The notes beneath the pieces were generated by a model, which ran no database searches, had not been told where the DNA came from, and worked only from the letters and a program-made list of their open reading frames with translations. A DNA stretch of 61,651 nt from Hyphochytrium catenoides. Taxonomy: Eukaryota; Protista; Hyphochytriomycota. Position numbers and translations under genes: made by a program. Where the stretch lies: NCBI GenBank assembly GCA_900088475.1, contig FLMG01002395.1:1-61651 (forward strand), written 5' to 3'. Positions 46,286 through 58,656 of this stretch are shown here, piece by piece (position 1 is the first letter of the stretch; each line of letters starts with the position of its first letter).

Positions 46286-46953
46286 ATGACAGGGGCCCCC
46301 GAATATCAAGATGAATGGGAGGAATTTGAAGCTAGAGCCAAGGCGCTTTTCCTAGAATCACCGAAGACCACCCGCGTTCTTCAGAAGTATAAGCACAAGG
46401 CAGGCCAACTTAAGGTCAAAGTGACCAATGATGTCATTGTAAGGACGAGTAGACATACCAATTAGCTTTGTTCGTGATTAGTGGTTTGGGCTGCTGCCAC
46501 CAATCGCTTTGTGATCTCTGTGTCCTTATACTCTCTGCACTTGACAGGTGTTGTCGCTCTGACATCTTTGGCTGGCAGGTTTTGAGTTGAGATCTCTCAG
46601 CCGCTCATTGCTAATGGTATACACTGCATTTAGGTACTGAAGTTCAAAACCGACGACGTAGCAGATCTCAGGAAGCTAGAAAGGTTAAATGCTTGGATAT
46701 TTAGCACGATATGCGGAGAAGAGCCGATGGCAGTTGAGTCCGAAGGTAAGATATGACTTTTCCTTGCAGACGGTTAGGCAGCGTACAATCCGGAAGAGAG
46801 CGAGTGGGTTCTTTTGGCCGAATAGGCCACACAACAGCTCGATGAAGGGGTAAAGAAGACGTCTACTGTGAAGTTTAACCTGGAGCTCCAGGTACAGCCC
46901 CAGCGCAGGACAGTTTGCCGGACAAGAAGAAGAAGAAGAAGCGCAAGAAGTGA
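46286..46953 (+). CDS. SRP9: Signal recognition particle 9 kDa subunit, 3 exons (absent from the ORF track)
   Basis: MTGGPEYQDEWEEFEARAKALFLESPKTTRVLQKYKHKAGQLKVKVTNDVI|VLKFKTDDVADLRKLERLNAWIF...KKKKKKRKK*; fits the SRP9 WEEF..LF..P..TR...KY...L.VKVTDD...LK.KT pattern. Confidence 0.9.
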
Positions 46954-47111
46954 TCACATTAGGCTTTGGACGAGCAAGTGCTAAGCCACTGGCCTACTAG
47001 TGGCAATTCTACAGAGCAAATGTACATAGCGTTACTTGACGGAGCAGCTGGCACCTGCCCTAAAAGCTAAATATACAGTTGGTTTACTAGCGCTCCGTCG
47101 ATGGGGTGGCT

Positions 47112-50100
47112 TCATAAGAACTCAGTAATCCTCACTGGCCGACGAACGGCATTGGTAAAGCCCTCTTGGAATTTGTAGCGGACGTGCAAGTTTCTGCCGC
47201 ACAGGATGAGTCTAAAACTGATCTTTCCAAGAAAGTCAAGATACACTTACTCAGCTTTCTGAATTGCAGGACGGGTTCCAAAGCTGAAGCCTTGCTTCCT
47301 CGGTTGCCGATCCTCTTGGTTATCTTCTTCGAGTGCCGGTGTGCATACGCGCCCTGCTTTCCCCTTGTCAGTTCATAGGTTCCTGACCCTTTCTAAACTT
47401 TTGCCGTACCTGAGGCATCAGAGGCTACTCCATTAGCTTCTTTTTCCTGCAGGGAGGATGATAAGTTGCCTGTATTCTGTTGGTGGCACGGATGGGCAGT
47501 TTACCGTCTTTCGCAGCCGCTCAAGAGTTGCTTCATGGGTTATAAGCTGTAGTAATGACGGAGGAAGTTGTTGACGAGTTCGCACTTCGGCCTCGCCCAC
47601 CGTGAAATTCGCAAGTTGATCTATGCCACTAAAGCAACATGGGATCAGGGCCACATTGCACCCCGACACAGTTCAGGCGACTTACGGTTCGAGAACAAAG
47701 GTATTGCCTCCACGTGACGAGTCGAATCGCGCCGTATAAGACAACCCATGGAAGGCCATAACTGCCGCCAACCGCTTCAAGATCTTAGGAGGGAATGTTT
47801 GGTCAGTAAAGGCTCTCACTTGAGCTGTCCAAGGATATAGGCACCTGTTTTTCCATCTCATTCATAACCGTGATGTTCACATTGCGGATGTGAGGGCTGA
47901 TGATAAATAATAGATACGCAATGAAGTCTTCGACCATTGGCTGGAGTTGCCGTTTCCCGGAGTGGATGGCCAGCAGTCCATCAAGGAAGGTCCAGACAAT
48001 GTTTGATGCGCTAATACGATTGAAATGAGCCTGTACAAGAGTTATGGCGCAACGATGAGTGATACCAGCACTCAGGCGTCCACCGAGCAAGCTTACCTCT
48101 GAAATTTTCCTGGGAAACTCTATTTTGGGCCTGCTGTCGGACCTGCAATTAAAGTGCACTCCAACTATTGTCGGAGGAACGTACTGGAGCATGTGCCACT
48201 TGGAGAGGTTAGGTTAGCCACAATCACTTTTGCCGGGTGGTAAAAGGGCGCCCACCTGCTGCAAAGCGTTCGCTCTTGTTAGGCACTGGTCAGCGAAGAT
48301 CATCCAGTCGAGTGACGATGCTGTCTTCGTTCTACAATACATATCGTAAGTCTGCCGTCTAGGTCATGCAAAGACAGTAGGGCGCAGGCTTACAATGAAG
48401 GGTCCGTGTAGCGGATGCGCAGGAAGCTCTCGTGGACTCCCTCAAGGAGCTTATTTTGATCTCCAAATCCACCTATCATCTGGTATAGTCTGCCTATCTG
48501 GGCCTGCTCGCGGCTAGAGACTGACGCCATCTTCTGCTGCATCGTCGGTAATCGCTCTACTTGACGCGCTTTCTGTAAGGTTCGAAGTTACGGGATTAGG
48601 CCATGCTTCGCTCACGCGCAATGTGCTAACTATTTACCTGGAATACAGCCGACCAGGTCTCAAACAGTCCCTTCGCTTGATCCTTCTGACCTCCCTGCAG
48701 ACATGTTCAAATGGGCAACAGTAGCACGATCATCGACGGCACACAGCACTCACCCCGATATCGTCTGTAGAGATAATCTTCTCAGCATTGTAGGTGCTTT
48801 TCAGGAATTGTAGAGAGTTGAGACAAAAACGAATATCATTTTCTGCTGTGGAGCACAATAGAGACAGCGCGTTCTGCCTAATCAAAAGCTTTTCTAGCTT
48901 ACAAATGACCTGTTGTCATAGGGTAGTTAGCGTCTTCCCAGAGAAAGCTCATGATGTATGATAGCTCTAACCTTCAGTCGCTGGATCAACCGCTGGGGAT
49001 TTGTTGGTTTGAAGACCACAATTTTGGCAATCTTTCGAAGCGGCCGTAACACTGGCGAGTATTGGTCATTGCAGATGCAGACTATGGGCCGCGTCAGAGG
49101 GTGCACTGCTCGCTTGCGTTTGGATCTAGCTCGAATGGGAATGAGTCGAGCTCGCTCGGTCTAACATGTATACAAGTGACAAAGTACCCTTTGCTGTCCT
49201 CACTATCTTCAACTTCCTTCACATTCTTCGACGTTGTTGCGGACGCCATCTCAACAAGCATAGACAGAGCGTTTTTCCCTTCGCCTCCGTTCATTGCCCC
49301 GTCAATCTATCACCAACTCATTAGTCACAGTGATAGTGTCAGCCCACCGGCATCCATACCTCATCCAGAATGATCAGATTTGGCCTCTTCTCGCCATAGA
49401 CACTACGCATTTCCATGGCGTTGATGACCTAAGGAAGATCATTTCAGAGCCCTGCGACGCTATACCCGATCAAGAAATTGTCTTCCTCTTACCCTAGTCC
49501 TGAGGACCGTTGCAGACCTATCATCACTAGCATTGACTTCAACCGGGCAGTAACCGGCCTGCCTTGCACACACGTGTGCTAGGGTCGTCTTACCTAGCCC
49601 TGGGGGCCCACATATTAGCAGGATCTGTAGAAGAGATAAGGCGAGAACGTCAGGAAGATCCGCATCTTGGCAACACTCTTGGAATGTTGCACCTTTTGCT
49701 CTGGCCGTCCGTCTCCTGAAACAGCTGATGCTGGTTTCGACCCAAAGGGATTGCCATTCAGTGCCTGGAAGACGTTGGTCCCGAACACCGAGCTGTCCCA
49801 GCCCTTAATCCATTTAAGCACCTTTCAATTGACCGTTAGACAATCACTTGAGATTCCAGCGAATATTTGAATGGCTACCTCTCGATTTGTGGCTTCATCG
49901 CTGATGAGATCAGTAAATCTTACAGGGGCATACTTGTCGACCCACAAGACCCCTGAACATATAGAGCTCTTGACAGGTGATAGGGCCTTCTCGTCCTCGA
50001 CAGTTGTTGCCTTGGTTGTCTCATCCTGGTGCCTCTCCATTCTATCAAGATCACGTTGTACGTTGGCCATCAGTTTCTTATCTCTTTCCTGTCCGCAAGT

Positions 50101-50907
50101 TAGCATGATCAACGGAGAAGATTACGAGACACGACTGGCGCACCTCTTCCACTTTTCGCAGCATATCTCTAATCGGGACCTTCAGAAGCCCTTGCTTTCC
50201 GGACCGTCCCAATGCCTCTGCAGGAGCTTCTTGGGAGCTCTCAGGTTTCGAAAAGCGTACGAAAAACCTCTCTCCTTCGGTCAACGTGATGTCCATGGTT
50301 TCTCCATCCATAGGGGGTCTTGATAGTAGGTATAGGTGAGAGTCCGATAGGATCGCCGGGACGCTACTCCGAGGAGACGTCCCTCTTCCAGAAGACATGT
50401 CTTCTCGTGCCCTCTTATAGGCCGATGGGTTCTTGAGTGGGCTAGAGGCCGGCCTTCGGAGGCGCTTGTTCTCTTTACCTAATAGCGCCTCCACCTCATC
50501 TTCATCGAAGTCAGAGGCATCAGAGTCTCGAGAAGCATCTAACGCTTGAGATTTGTGTTGGGAGTTGTGGCTTGTCCCGAGTGGCGCTGCTGTCTGATTG
50601 TGCGATAATTGCTCGCGCAGGGAGGGCGTCGTGGGCTTTTGGACAGATGAGTCCTGCTGAGAGGTACATGAAGAGTTAGTGCTTGGGGCTAGCCACCGTC
50701 CCAGCCTTTCGGTCTTACCTGGACCAGGCCCTGAGAGTCAGAGGCATTGAAATCGAGTCTGCGAGGCTCTTTAATAGGCTCTTTCCAGGATGCGTCCTTC
50801 TGCTCACCCATCAACTCATTTTCTGCCTCCAGGTCTGCTTGGTATTCCAACTCCCACTCATCAAACTCCTCGACAATGTTGCCCTCATCGTCCACAATAG
50901 CCGCCAT
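47112..50907 (-). CDS. CTF18: Chromosome transmission fidelity protein 18 (alternative RFC large subunit), multi-exon
   Basis: [23 protein letters not shown], Walker [37 protein letters not shown] and C-terminal [15 protein letters not shown]. Confidence 0.93.
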
Positions 50908-51507
50908 GTTGCTGTGTCCCCCAGCGTCAAACCGATCAGCCTTGATGGGGCAGATGAAAGCTACCAGATCTAGCGCCCATACCCGAGAGACTGCGCTTGA
51001 TCATTGCCGAACAGTGCCGAATCTCCTCCATAAGATGATCGCTCATGAAGGCGTGAGAGCTCTGGCTTGGACTGCTTCCTGGCGCTGCTGCCCGTTGGAA
51101 CTCCCGCCAAAACTTCTTTCTGTCACTTTGTACTCGCGGGAATCCCTGTTTAGAATCCGAGCCATACTGATCTAGAATGTGAGGCGGTGTTGGATGCGCT
51201 GCGGCGCTGTGTAAGAAAGGCAAAGCCAAAAGTGTTGAAGAGTCTGTCCTCTAACATGACAGGAGCTCTGACTGTAGACAGAGATTTTCGAGACAGAAAG
51301 CTCCATAAAGCTTGCTAATCGGGTGATAGTCTGACAGCCAGACCTGAAGTCCGGGAACAGAGACGTAACTGGAGACTTTTGGCAGCAGTGGGTCCTCCTT
51401 ATGGGGACTAACTGATTGGAGGAAGAAAGCGGAGCGGCCCTACAACGTACAACCTATCGATAGACTAGCCGCTGTATGCAAAGTCCCTTTGGGAAGCTGT
51501 GCCCAAG

Positions 51508-54500
51508 ATGTGGAAGTTCGTGAAGGAGAAAGGGCAGGAGCTCATTACACAGAATGAAATCACGGCAAAGTATGAGTTGCCGGAGGAGAGCTCCTGTTCG
51601 GGTGGCCATGAGTATCTATGGAAGATCTATCCAGCCAAGGATAAGAAGACAAATCAAGAAGTGTCTATCTGGATGTTTGAGCTAGCGGAGCTAAATAAGG
51701 TAGCCAAAGAGAATCGCGACAAGCTGAAGGATATTCTGCACAAAGAGATGAACACCTTGAAGGTGTTGCGGCACCCTCATATCCTTAAGATTGTCGAAGT
51801 GTTTGAAGAGAACAGGAAGTTTCTCGCTTTCGCAACGGAGAGAGTCTTCTGTTCGCTGGGCAACGCCAACAAGAACTATCATAACATTGCTAATGTTAGC
51901 CCGGAGCTACGGAACACAAATTTGTCAGAGTTTGAAGTCACAAGTGGTCTGATGCAGATAGGAGAGGCGCTAGGCTTTCTTCACAAGGATGCCCGGCGCG
52001 TCCACGCCAACTTGTCACCAGAGTGCATCTTTTTGACGGAGAAAGGAGTTTGGAAGATAGGAGGGCTAGGCTTTAGCCAACAGGTGGAGCTGGGTCAGAC
52101 AGTGCGGTCGGAATGGTTCAATGAGACTCATTCGCAGAGCATCCAGCGGCCGATCTATACCGTGGAGCCCAACCTTTGTTACGCTGCTCCTGAAGTGGCA
52201 GGAGGTCAACGGATGTACGGGTCCCCCGCTGATATGTTCTCTCTCGGTCTACTGACTTACGAGTTTTTGAGGGGACCGTCGGCAGGAGGACAGACTGCCC
52301 CGCTTCTAGACGTTAGAGACGGCAACCCCATGACGCATCAGTATAAAATTTCAACCCTCCACCCATTGAATTTTCCGCCGTCAATCCCTCCGCTGGTACA
52401 CAATACACTGCGCTCTTGTCTGCAACTCGGAGCTGGGGACCGATGCGATGCTAGGGGCTACCTGCAGTCGCCCTTCTTTGACAGCGGACCTATCCAGACT
52501 CTACGGCAGATACAAACTTTAATTGAACTGGACGTGGGTCGTCAAGCGCAGTATCTTGCTAGCCTTCCACCACTATTGGACCCTTTTCCTCCCCGTATTC
52601 TTCGTGACATGATTCTGCCCGCATTCACAAGCCTAACGACCAACATCGCCCTTACCCCTTTCCTCCTTCCGCCTATTTTCAAGATCGTTGAGAAGATCTC
52701 AAAGGAAGAGGTAACGTCTCAAGTCGTTCCTTTCCTGGCACCCCTCCTGAGCATTACGGACCCGCCGCAGACAATGCTAATCTTTGTACAAAACCTCAAA
52801 ATCTTGTTGGAAAAAGCCGATAAGCCATTCATTCGGGATCACGTAGTTCCTATGCTGATCCGCGCTCTGGATAGTAACATTGTGGAGATTCAGGACATGG
52901 TGCTGAAGCAACTTACCCTAGTGGCAGATCTCTTCGAGTACCACGTCCTCAAGAACAACATACAGCCACGGGTGCAGAACCTTATTCTTCAGACAACGGT
53001 GCTCTCGGTTAGGGTCAACTCGCTTATCAGCATGGCCAAGATGCATCATCTCTTTGATAAGACAGCGTTGGCAGAGGGACTGTTGCCGACGTTGAACCGC
53101 GTTCTGGAAGTCGATCGCACTCCTGCCGTCTGTATGTGTGTTGTGGGCTGCTATGATGCAGTCGGCAAAACTCTGGGTCCAGAATACATGGCCAAAAGCA
53201 TAATCCCCGCACTTACGCCACTCTTGTGGGAGAAGAAGCTAAACGGCCAGCAGTTTGACATTGTGATAACAAAAATCCAGGCGATGCTCCAGGATGTCGT
53301 GAAAGAGAGGGAGAGACAGCTTATGGAAAGTAATGCTGTGGCGGGACAGACGCAGCAGTTGGAGCAGGTTACTGGTATCTCCTCAGTGCTTAAAACCTCA
53401 CCTGTCGGCACTACGCTCTCCCCCATCTCTCAGCCAGCGGATATGTTTGCACCAAAGATTGGAGGCGGAGTTTCAGCTGCAGGGGACGAGAGGCCAGCGC
53501 CTTATAGAGACTCCGATTTCTATGGCCGAAGCGGGCCAGGCGTACCTGAGAGCTCCACCGAAACCAGGCGCTACGAAGACGATCCGTTTTACCTCAAGCG
53601 TGGACCGGAATACACTGAGAAGGACAAGCAGGAGAAGGAACGAGGAGGCGTCAAAACGAAGAACTGGAAAAGTAAGCGCAAAAGTGGAAAGAAAGATGGC
53701 ACGGACAGTGTCGACCTTCTGAGCATGCAGTCTGCCGCCACTGCTGGAGGTTCCTTGCTGGACAGCAATTCCATGTTCAATCAGCTTTCCCTCGCTGGCC
53801 AAACAACTGCTCCTCCTCCGCCCATTCCAATCAGCACGATGCCTACGTCCAGTAGTGTGGGTCCAGTACCGTCCTTCTCTAGCGCCGATGCGTTCAACAG
53901 TTCCGGAAGTAGAAATAGTTTCAGCGGTATACCTTCAGTTGGCACATCCTCAACCCCATCGGGACCTATTCCGAGTTTCAATCAGAGCCAAGGCCTAAGC
54001 TCAGTAAATCCACTAATGGGTTCGCTTTCTAGCGCCACTGGGATGGCTAGTAGCGGTCTATCTGCTGGAAGCATGCCCGGTAGTTTTGGGGGTACGTCAT
54101 TAGGCAGCAACTCAATGAACGGTATGGGCCGCAATCTTATGCCTGGCCATGCCATGAGCGGTATGAGCATGGGTAGCAGCATTGGAAGCTCAGGTATGGG
54201 TGGTATCGGCGTAGGGTCAGGTGCCATGGGGACGGCTAGCATGTTTAATGGCATGAACCTCTCGCAGCCGTCGGGGGGAGTCAGCCCAGCCGGACCTTAC
54301 GGTAGTAGTAGTCAGGGCCTCACTGGGATTGGTGTATCACCAGGAGGAGGAATGGCACAGAGCTCAATGGGAATGCAGCGCAACTCTTTCTCCTCTCAAC
54401 CTTATGGCGGCGGCGGGATGGGCCAGCCCTTGGGTACGTTTCATCCAAACCAACCCGCACCAGGGCAGTTCAATCAGTTTACCCAGCATCAGTTTCCACC

Positions 54501-54546
54501 TACAACCACCACGAAGGGAGATTTCAGCGCCTTTGATGGCTTATAA
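51508..54546 (+). CDS. SCYL2: SCY1-like pseudokinase (SCYL2-type) with HEAT repeats and low-complexity tail
   Basis: Single ORF of about 1012 aa: LWKIY, LRHPHILK, FATERV..SL, VHANLSPE, WKIGGLGF, PNLCYAAPE, DMFSLG, helical HEAT region, G/S/M-rich tail ending DFSAFDGL. Confidence 0.9.
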   Translation: MWKFVKEKGQELITQNEITAKYELPEESSCSGGHEYLWKIYPAKDKKTNQEVSIWMFELAELNKVAKENRDKLKDILHKEMNTLKVLRHPHILKIVEVFEENRKFLAFATERVFCSLGNANKNYHNIANVSPELRNTNLSEFEVTSGLMQIGEALGFLHKDARRVHANLSPECIFLTEKGVWKIGGLGFSQQVELGQTVRSEWFNETHSQSIQRPIYTVEPNLCYAAPEVAGGQRMYGSPADMFSLGLLTYEFLRGPSAGGQTAPLLDVRDGNPMTHQYKISTLHPLNFPPSIPPLVHNTLRSCLQLGAGDRCDARGYLQSPFFDSGPIQTLRQIQTLIELDVGRQAQYLASLPPLLDPFPPRILRDMILPAFTSLTTNIALTPFLLPPIFKIVEKISKEEVTSQVVPFLAPLLSITDPPQTMLIFVQNLKILLEKADKPFIRDHVVPMLIRALDSNIVEIQDMVLKQLTLVADLFEYHVLKNNIQPRVQNLILQTTVLSVRVNSLISMAKMHHLFDKTALAEGLLPTLNRVLEVDRTPAVCMCVVGCYDAVGKTLGPEYMAKSIIPALTPLLWEKKLNGQQFDIVITKIQAMLQDVVKERERQLMESNAVAGQTQQLEQVTGISSVLKTSPVGTTLSPISQPADMFAPKIGGGVSAAGDERPAPYRDSDFYGRSGPGVPESSTETRRYEDDPFYLKRGPEYTEKDKQEKERGGVKTKNWKSKRKSGKKDGTDSVDLLSMQSAATAGGSLLDSNSMFNQLSLAGQTTAPPPPIPISTMPTSSSVGPVPSFSSADAFNSSGSRNSFSGIPSVGTSSTPSGPIPSFNQSQGLSSVNPLMGSLSSATGMASSGLSAGSMPGSFGGTSLGSNSMNGMGRNLMPGHAMSGMSMGSSIGSSGMGGIGVGSGAMGTASMFNGMNLSQPSGGVSPAGPYGSSSQGLTGIGVSPGGGMAQSSMGMQRNSFSSQPYGGGGMGQPLGTFHPNQPAPGQFNQFTQHQFPPTTTTKGDFSAFDGL

Positions 54547-54678
54547 AGATAATAATGATAGCATTCAAGCCCATGATGCCATCTAAGTTCTTTACGAAGA
54601 CCCTTGCCTATTCACCTCTCCCCTGGTGTGATAATTGGTATTGTTTATTCCTCTCTTATAATCCAGACAACTGTCTGG

Positions 54679-56950
54679 CTAGGTCTCTGAGGGCTTTTTC
54701 TGGCCTTCTGTATGGATGTGTTCCCCTAGCTTCACTATTTGTCCGGCTTTTAGGGTGATGGCCAATTCTGCTATGGCCTTATTCAACGCCTCTCGCTCTA
54801 GCTTCCGCAGGTTTTTGTGGCTCATCTGCTGAATTGCTTCCTCGTACGCTAGCTTGCTGTCGGGCTCCAATTCAATAAATGCGGCTTCCGGATACTGAGC
54901 CCTGAGGGCGGGACTCCCTTAGAAACATGGCTGTAGAGCACCATTGTAATAAGATCAGATGTTAGTACCTGATAGCTTGTTCGATCTCTTTCACTTCTCG
55001 TTCAACGAGCCGTGTGACGTCCTCCGCATACCTGTACAGTATAGGTTGATTGTCATATCTGAGGAAGTCATGAAGAAATGCAACCGCATGGGCTCAACTC
55101 ACCATGCCAGAAGAAGTGGTAAGTCCTTCTTGAGATCTTGTGAGGCGCTAAAGACAGGCTCATAACTGCAGATGTTCATTTGCTCATAAATCAACCATTG
55201 TCTCATCACGCAGAACTTCTCCCTAAGTACCTTTGAAGAAGTTTAGCTGCCAAATAAGTGCCGTCAAAGTCTACTTCTGCCTATCGGGATGATGAGCTTT
55301 AGATATATGAACTTCGGTTCTCGGATTCGTAGCCGCACCTTGAAACTGAAGGCAGAAGGGCCTACCCATTGGGACTGGACGTCATACACGTTCTCAAGCG
55401 AAGGCCAGGATTTCAAAATCTTCCTGATCCCAGCTTCAATCTCTGAAGAAAGGGGAAACGATGAGAACTGAGATAATGGCCAAAGACGCCATGTGACTGT
55501 CATTGACCTGGATCCACTGATTGTCCTAGAAGGTACTTCTTGTTCATGACCACGAGGTTGACTGCCACATAGCCCAGCAAACCGCCAATGGATATACTGG
55601 CTAGACTGTCCCAGATTGGATTGCNNNNNNNNNNNNNNNNNNNNNNNNNNNNNNNNNNNNNNNNNNNNNNNNNNNNNNNATGTGTCCTCAAGGAGGACAG
55701 CCATCACGAAAGGGTCCTTTATTGTGCGAAGATAGTTCAAGAAGGAAACGTTGGGCGGCTGATCCTTCTTCAGTTCCCGGTAGACTCTCTGCAGAACGTA
55801 ACCATCAATAATGAAGGAGCCACCTAGCACAGCCCACAACTCCCACCCTAGGTGGAGGTTCTCAGGTGGGTGCAACAGAGTTTCAAAGCCTAAGTTAGCG
55901 GACAGTTGATAGGTATTAGTAGAGATATAGGGTGAAGGCAGGAGAAGGGCATGGCATTCCAAGGGCTTGCTAATGAAAGACAAGGAAAGGCAAAGGCTGT
56001 CACGCCAACTCAAGCTTGACGCAAACGCAAACGTAACATGCTGGATGTATACCATGTGAGATGGTGACTCCTGCGCCGAGCCAAAACATCCCTAGGGCAG
56101 AGATAAGGGACCAAAAGTACGCGGCCCGGCCATAGCCGTATTGGTGGCTTTTATCTGGCATTGCTCCTGCCTGCCTGATGCCAAGCACCAACAGACCCTG
56201 ATTGCCGGTATCCACTAATGAGTGAATGGCCTCGGAAAGCATTGCACTGGACCCTGTCTTGAGCCAGACCAAGAACTTTAAGGTCGTGATAGCTGTGTTG
56301 CCGGCTAGAGCACGAAAAACCTATGACAGAGGCGTCAAAAGAAGAACCTTGTCCTAAATTTGTATCCGGCCAGCTATTTTTTTCCTGATCCTTCCCATAG
56401 TCGTCAACACATCCTGAAGCTTCAATCATTATCCGCTTATGCATGGCCCCAATCTCGTTACGCTTTTGTTTTCTTCGCACCATTGCAATGGTTGCATCTT
56501 TGCTACCCCGAAGCTTTGACTTGCGGAAAAAGTGAAGGTCACTATCATCCAGATGTCCATCACTGTCCTGGGTAGAGTCCGATTGCTTTTCTCGAGTAAA
56601 GATGCCCACAACATCTATAAATGGTCGCCAGCCCAGACTACCACCACCTCCACCTTGTGTTCCTGTGGGTTGAAACAACAGAGAAAAACAGATAAGCGCA
56701 GACGAAGAGATACCACGGCTGCACGTAGCAACAGCACACAGAACTTGGTGTCGGTCAAGAACATACCTAAGGCGATTCTACATGGCCTTATACTCTTGCC
56801 ATACACTCCTTTACGGTGAGAGCCACGGAGAACTGGTAGTGAAGATACCCATCGCACCGAATGGGATATGTTCTTTACGGTCCTGCTGGAGATCGGTTTT
56901 ATAAGGTTGCTTGTCCCTGAACTGGCTCGAATCACAGAAAGAAGCATCAT
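54679..56950 (-). CDS. Cation diffusion facilitator, SLC30A9/ZnT9-like, probably mitochondrial; multi-exon, spans an N gap
   Basis: ALAGNTAITTLKF, SSAMLSEAIHSLVDTGNQGLL, HQYGYGRAAYFWSLISALGMFWLGAG, DPFVMAVLLED, WDSLASISIGGLLG, FKAEVDFDG, AAFIELEPDS. Basic, Ser-rich N-terminus. Confidence 0.88.
55625..55679. other. Assembly gap (N run) inside the CDF gene
   Basis: Run of n. Confidence 1.
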
Positions 56951-57866
56951 GCTACCCGATGGCGCCGTGTCCGCCAAGGGGAGGATGCGAAGACAGTACA
57001 ACGTGGCTGTTGGCGTGATCGAGCCCCAGTCATTCCCGTAGCTATTGCATTAACGCGGGCGCGCTAGGGCTTTTGTAGCCAAACCATCTCGGCAGGCGAC
57101 TTGGCCAGTCAATTTTGATGTTAGAAAAGCCTCAGCTCTGTGGCGATCAATCCCAGATACTTGCTATGACTCTCCTTCTTTGCTTCCTATCTCATCAGCC
57201 CCCACCACTCCTCTTGTCCCGCTATGATTGGAGCACCGACTGACTAGCTAGGACTCTTGGAGACCTATTTTACTTAGCCGAAGAACAAGGGATGAGCCTG
57301 CTCGAAGAGTCCGAGGGCCGTCCAGCGTTCAACAAAGGCAGACTTGCTGCCGTCTCACTAAAGTTTAGCCTTGCATCCCATCTTTCTTGTGCAGTAGCTT
57401 TTTGAGCTCTTTGAGCTCGCCGAGGAAAGCGGTGATCAGGATGGATCAGTCAGGAAGGATCATGCTTTACAGATTATCGCACATTATAAGGATCTAATTA
57501 TCAACTTACTTGATCGTTTGGGAACTTTTTGGAGGAAGCTTTTACAAGAGTTACAATAGTTCTTTCCAAGGAATATTTCAGCTTACCCCCTTCTAAGTGT
57601 GATCATAGAAGTGACTGGATTGAGTACATTTACCCCTGAGATCACTCTAAACCCCCCTGTCCCAGGTCTCTCTTGTTTGTTCGATTGGTAGGAAGAGTAA
57701 GAGTATTGGGTTCAGTGGCGCTGGAAGGCTCTTGCGCGCCAACCAGCCAGCAGCAGTAGGGCAGCGCCGATAAACTCAAGCATCTGAAGCTTCTCAAGGG
57801 CGAGGAACGGGAGCTCGAGAACTTCAGATTACTTCTCCCGTCAGGTCATTGGAGACTCTATAAATC

Positions 57867-58656
57867 ATGGTGCTGCAGAAGCCTATCGTAGTTGACTGCA
57901 GAGGCCACCTTCTTGGAAGGCTGGCCTCCATCATCGCCAAGGAGCTTCTCCTCGGACAGCAAGTGGTCGCGGTTCGCTGTGAGGAGATTGATATCTCTGG
58001 CTCTCGTAAGTGCGGGACAAGCCTAGAGCTACTCTTTATCGCTTCCCTATATACACCACCCATGTTGCTGTGTTGTGATCTTGTGCTGGTCTATGAGGCT
58101 ACGAGGCTAATAAGATTGTCACCTAGTTATGAGAAACAAGATGAAGTTCCAGCGCTTCCTGCGCAAGCGCACCAACACCAACCCTAAGAGAGGTCCTATT
58201 CACTACCGGTCTCCTAGCCGCATCCTCTGGCGTACCATCCGTGGCATGATCCCTCACAAGAAAGCTCGCGGTGCTGCTGCTCTTCAGCGCCTTAAGGTTT
58301 GTAGTCGTCCCTCTCCTTTTCCCCCTCCGAAGTAGGGAAAGATAACACAAACATGCACTCTGCAGGTTTTCGAGGGCATCCCTGCTCCTTTCGACAAGAT
58401 GAAGAGAATGGTTATTCCAGCTGCTCTCAGGGTTACCCGCCTTGCTCCTGGACGTAGATACACGAATCTGGGCCGCCTTTCTTCCGAGTTCGGGTGGGGC
58501 CATGGCGATCTTGTCAAGAGACTCGAGGCCAAGCGTAAGGTCAAGTCTGAGGCCTTCTACCAGAAGAAGAAGGAGGCTGCGAAGCTTAAGGCAAAGGCTA
58601 CCCAGGAGGCAGATTTGTCTGCGGTCACTCCTGTCCTGGAGCAGTATGGACTATAA
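57867..58656 (+). CDS. RPL13A: 60S ribosomal protein L13a (uL13); exons 57867-58005, 58127-58296, 58366-58656
   Basis: [88 protein letters not shown]. Confidence 0.97.

Noticed and set aside
53027-54586. Antisense and alternate-frame ORFs inside SCYL2
   Set aside because: Shadow ORFs of a long coding sequence.
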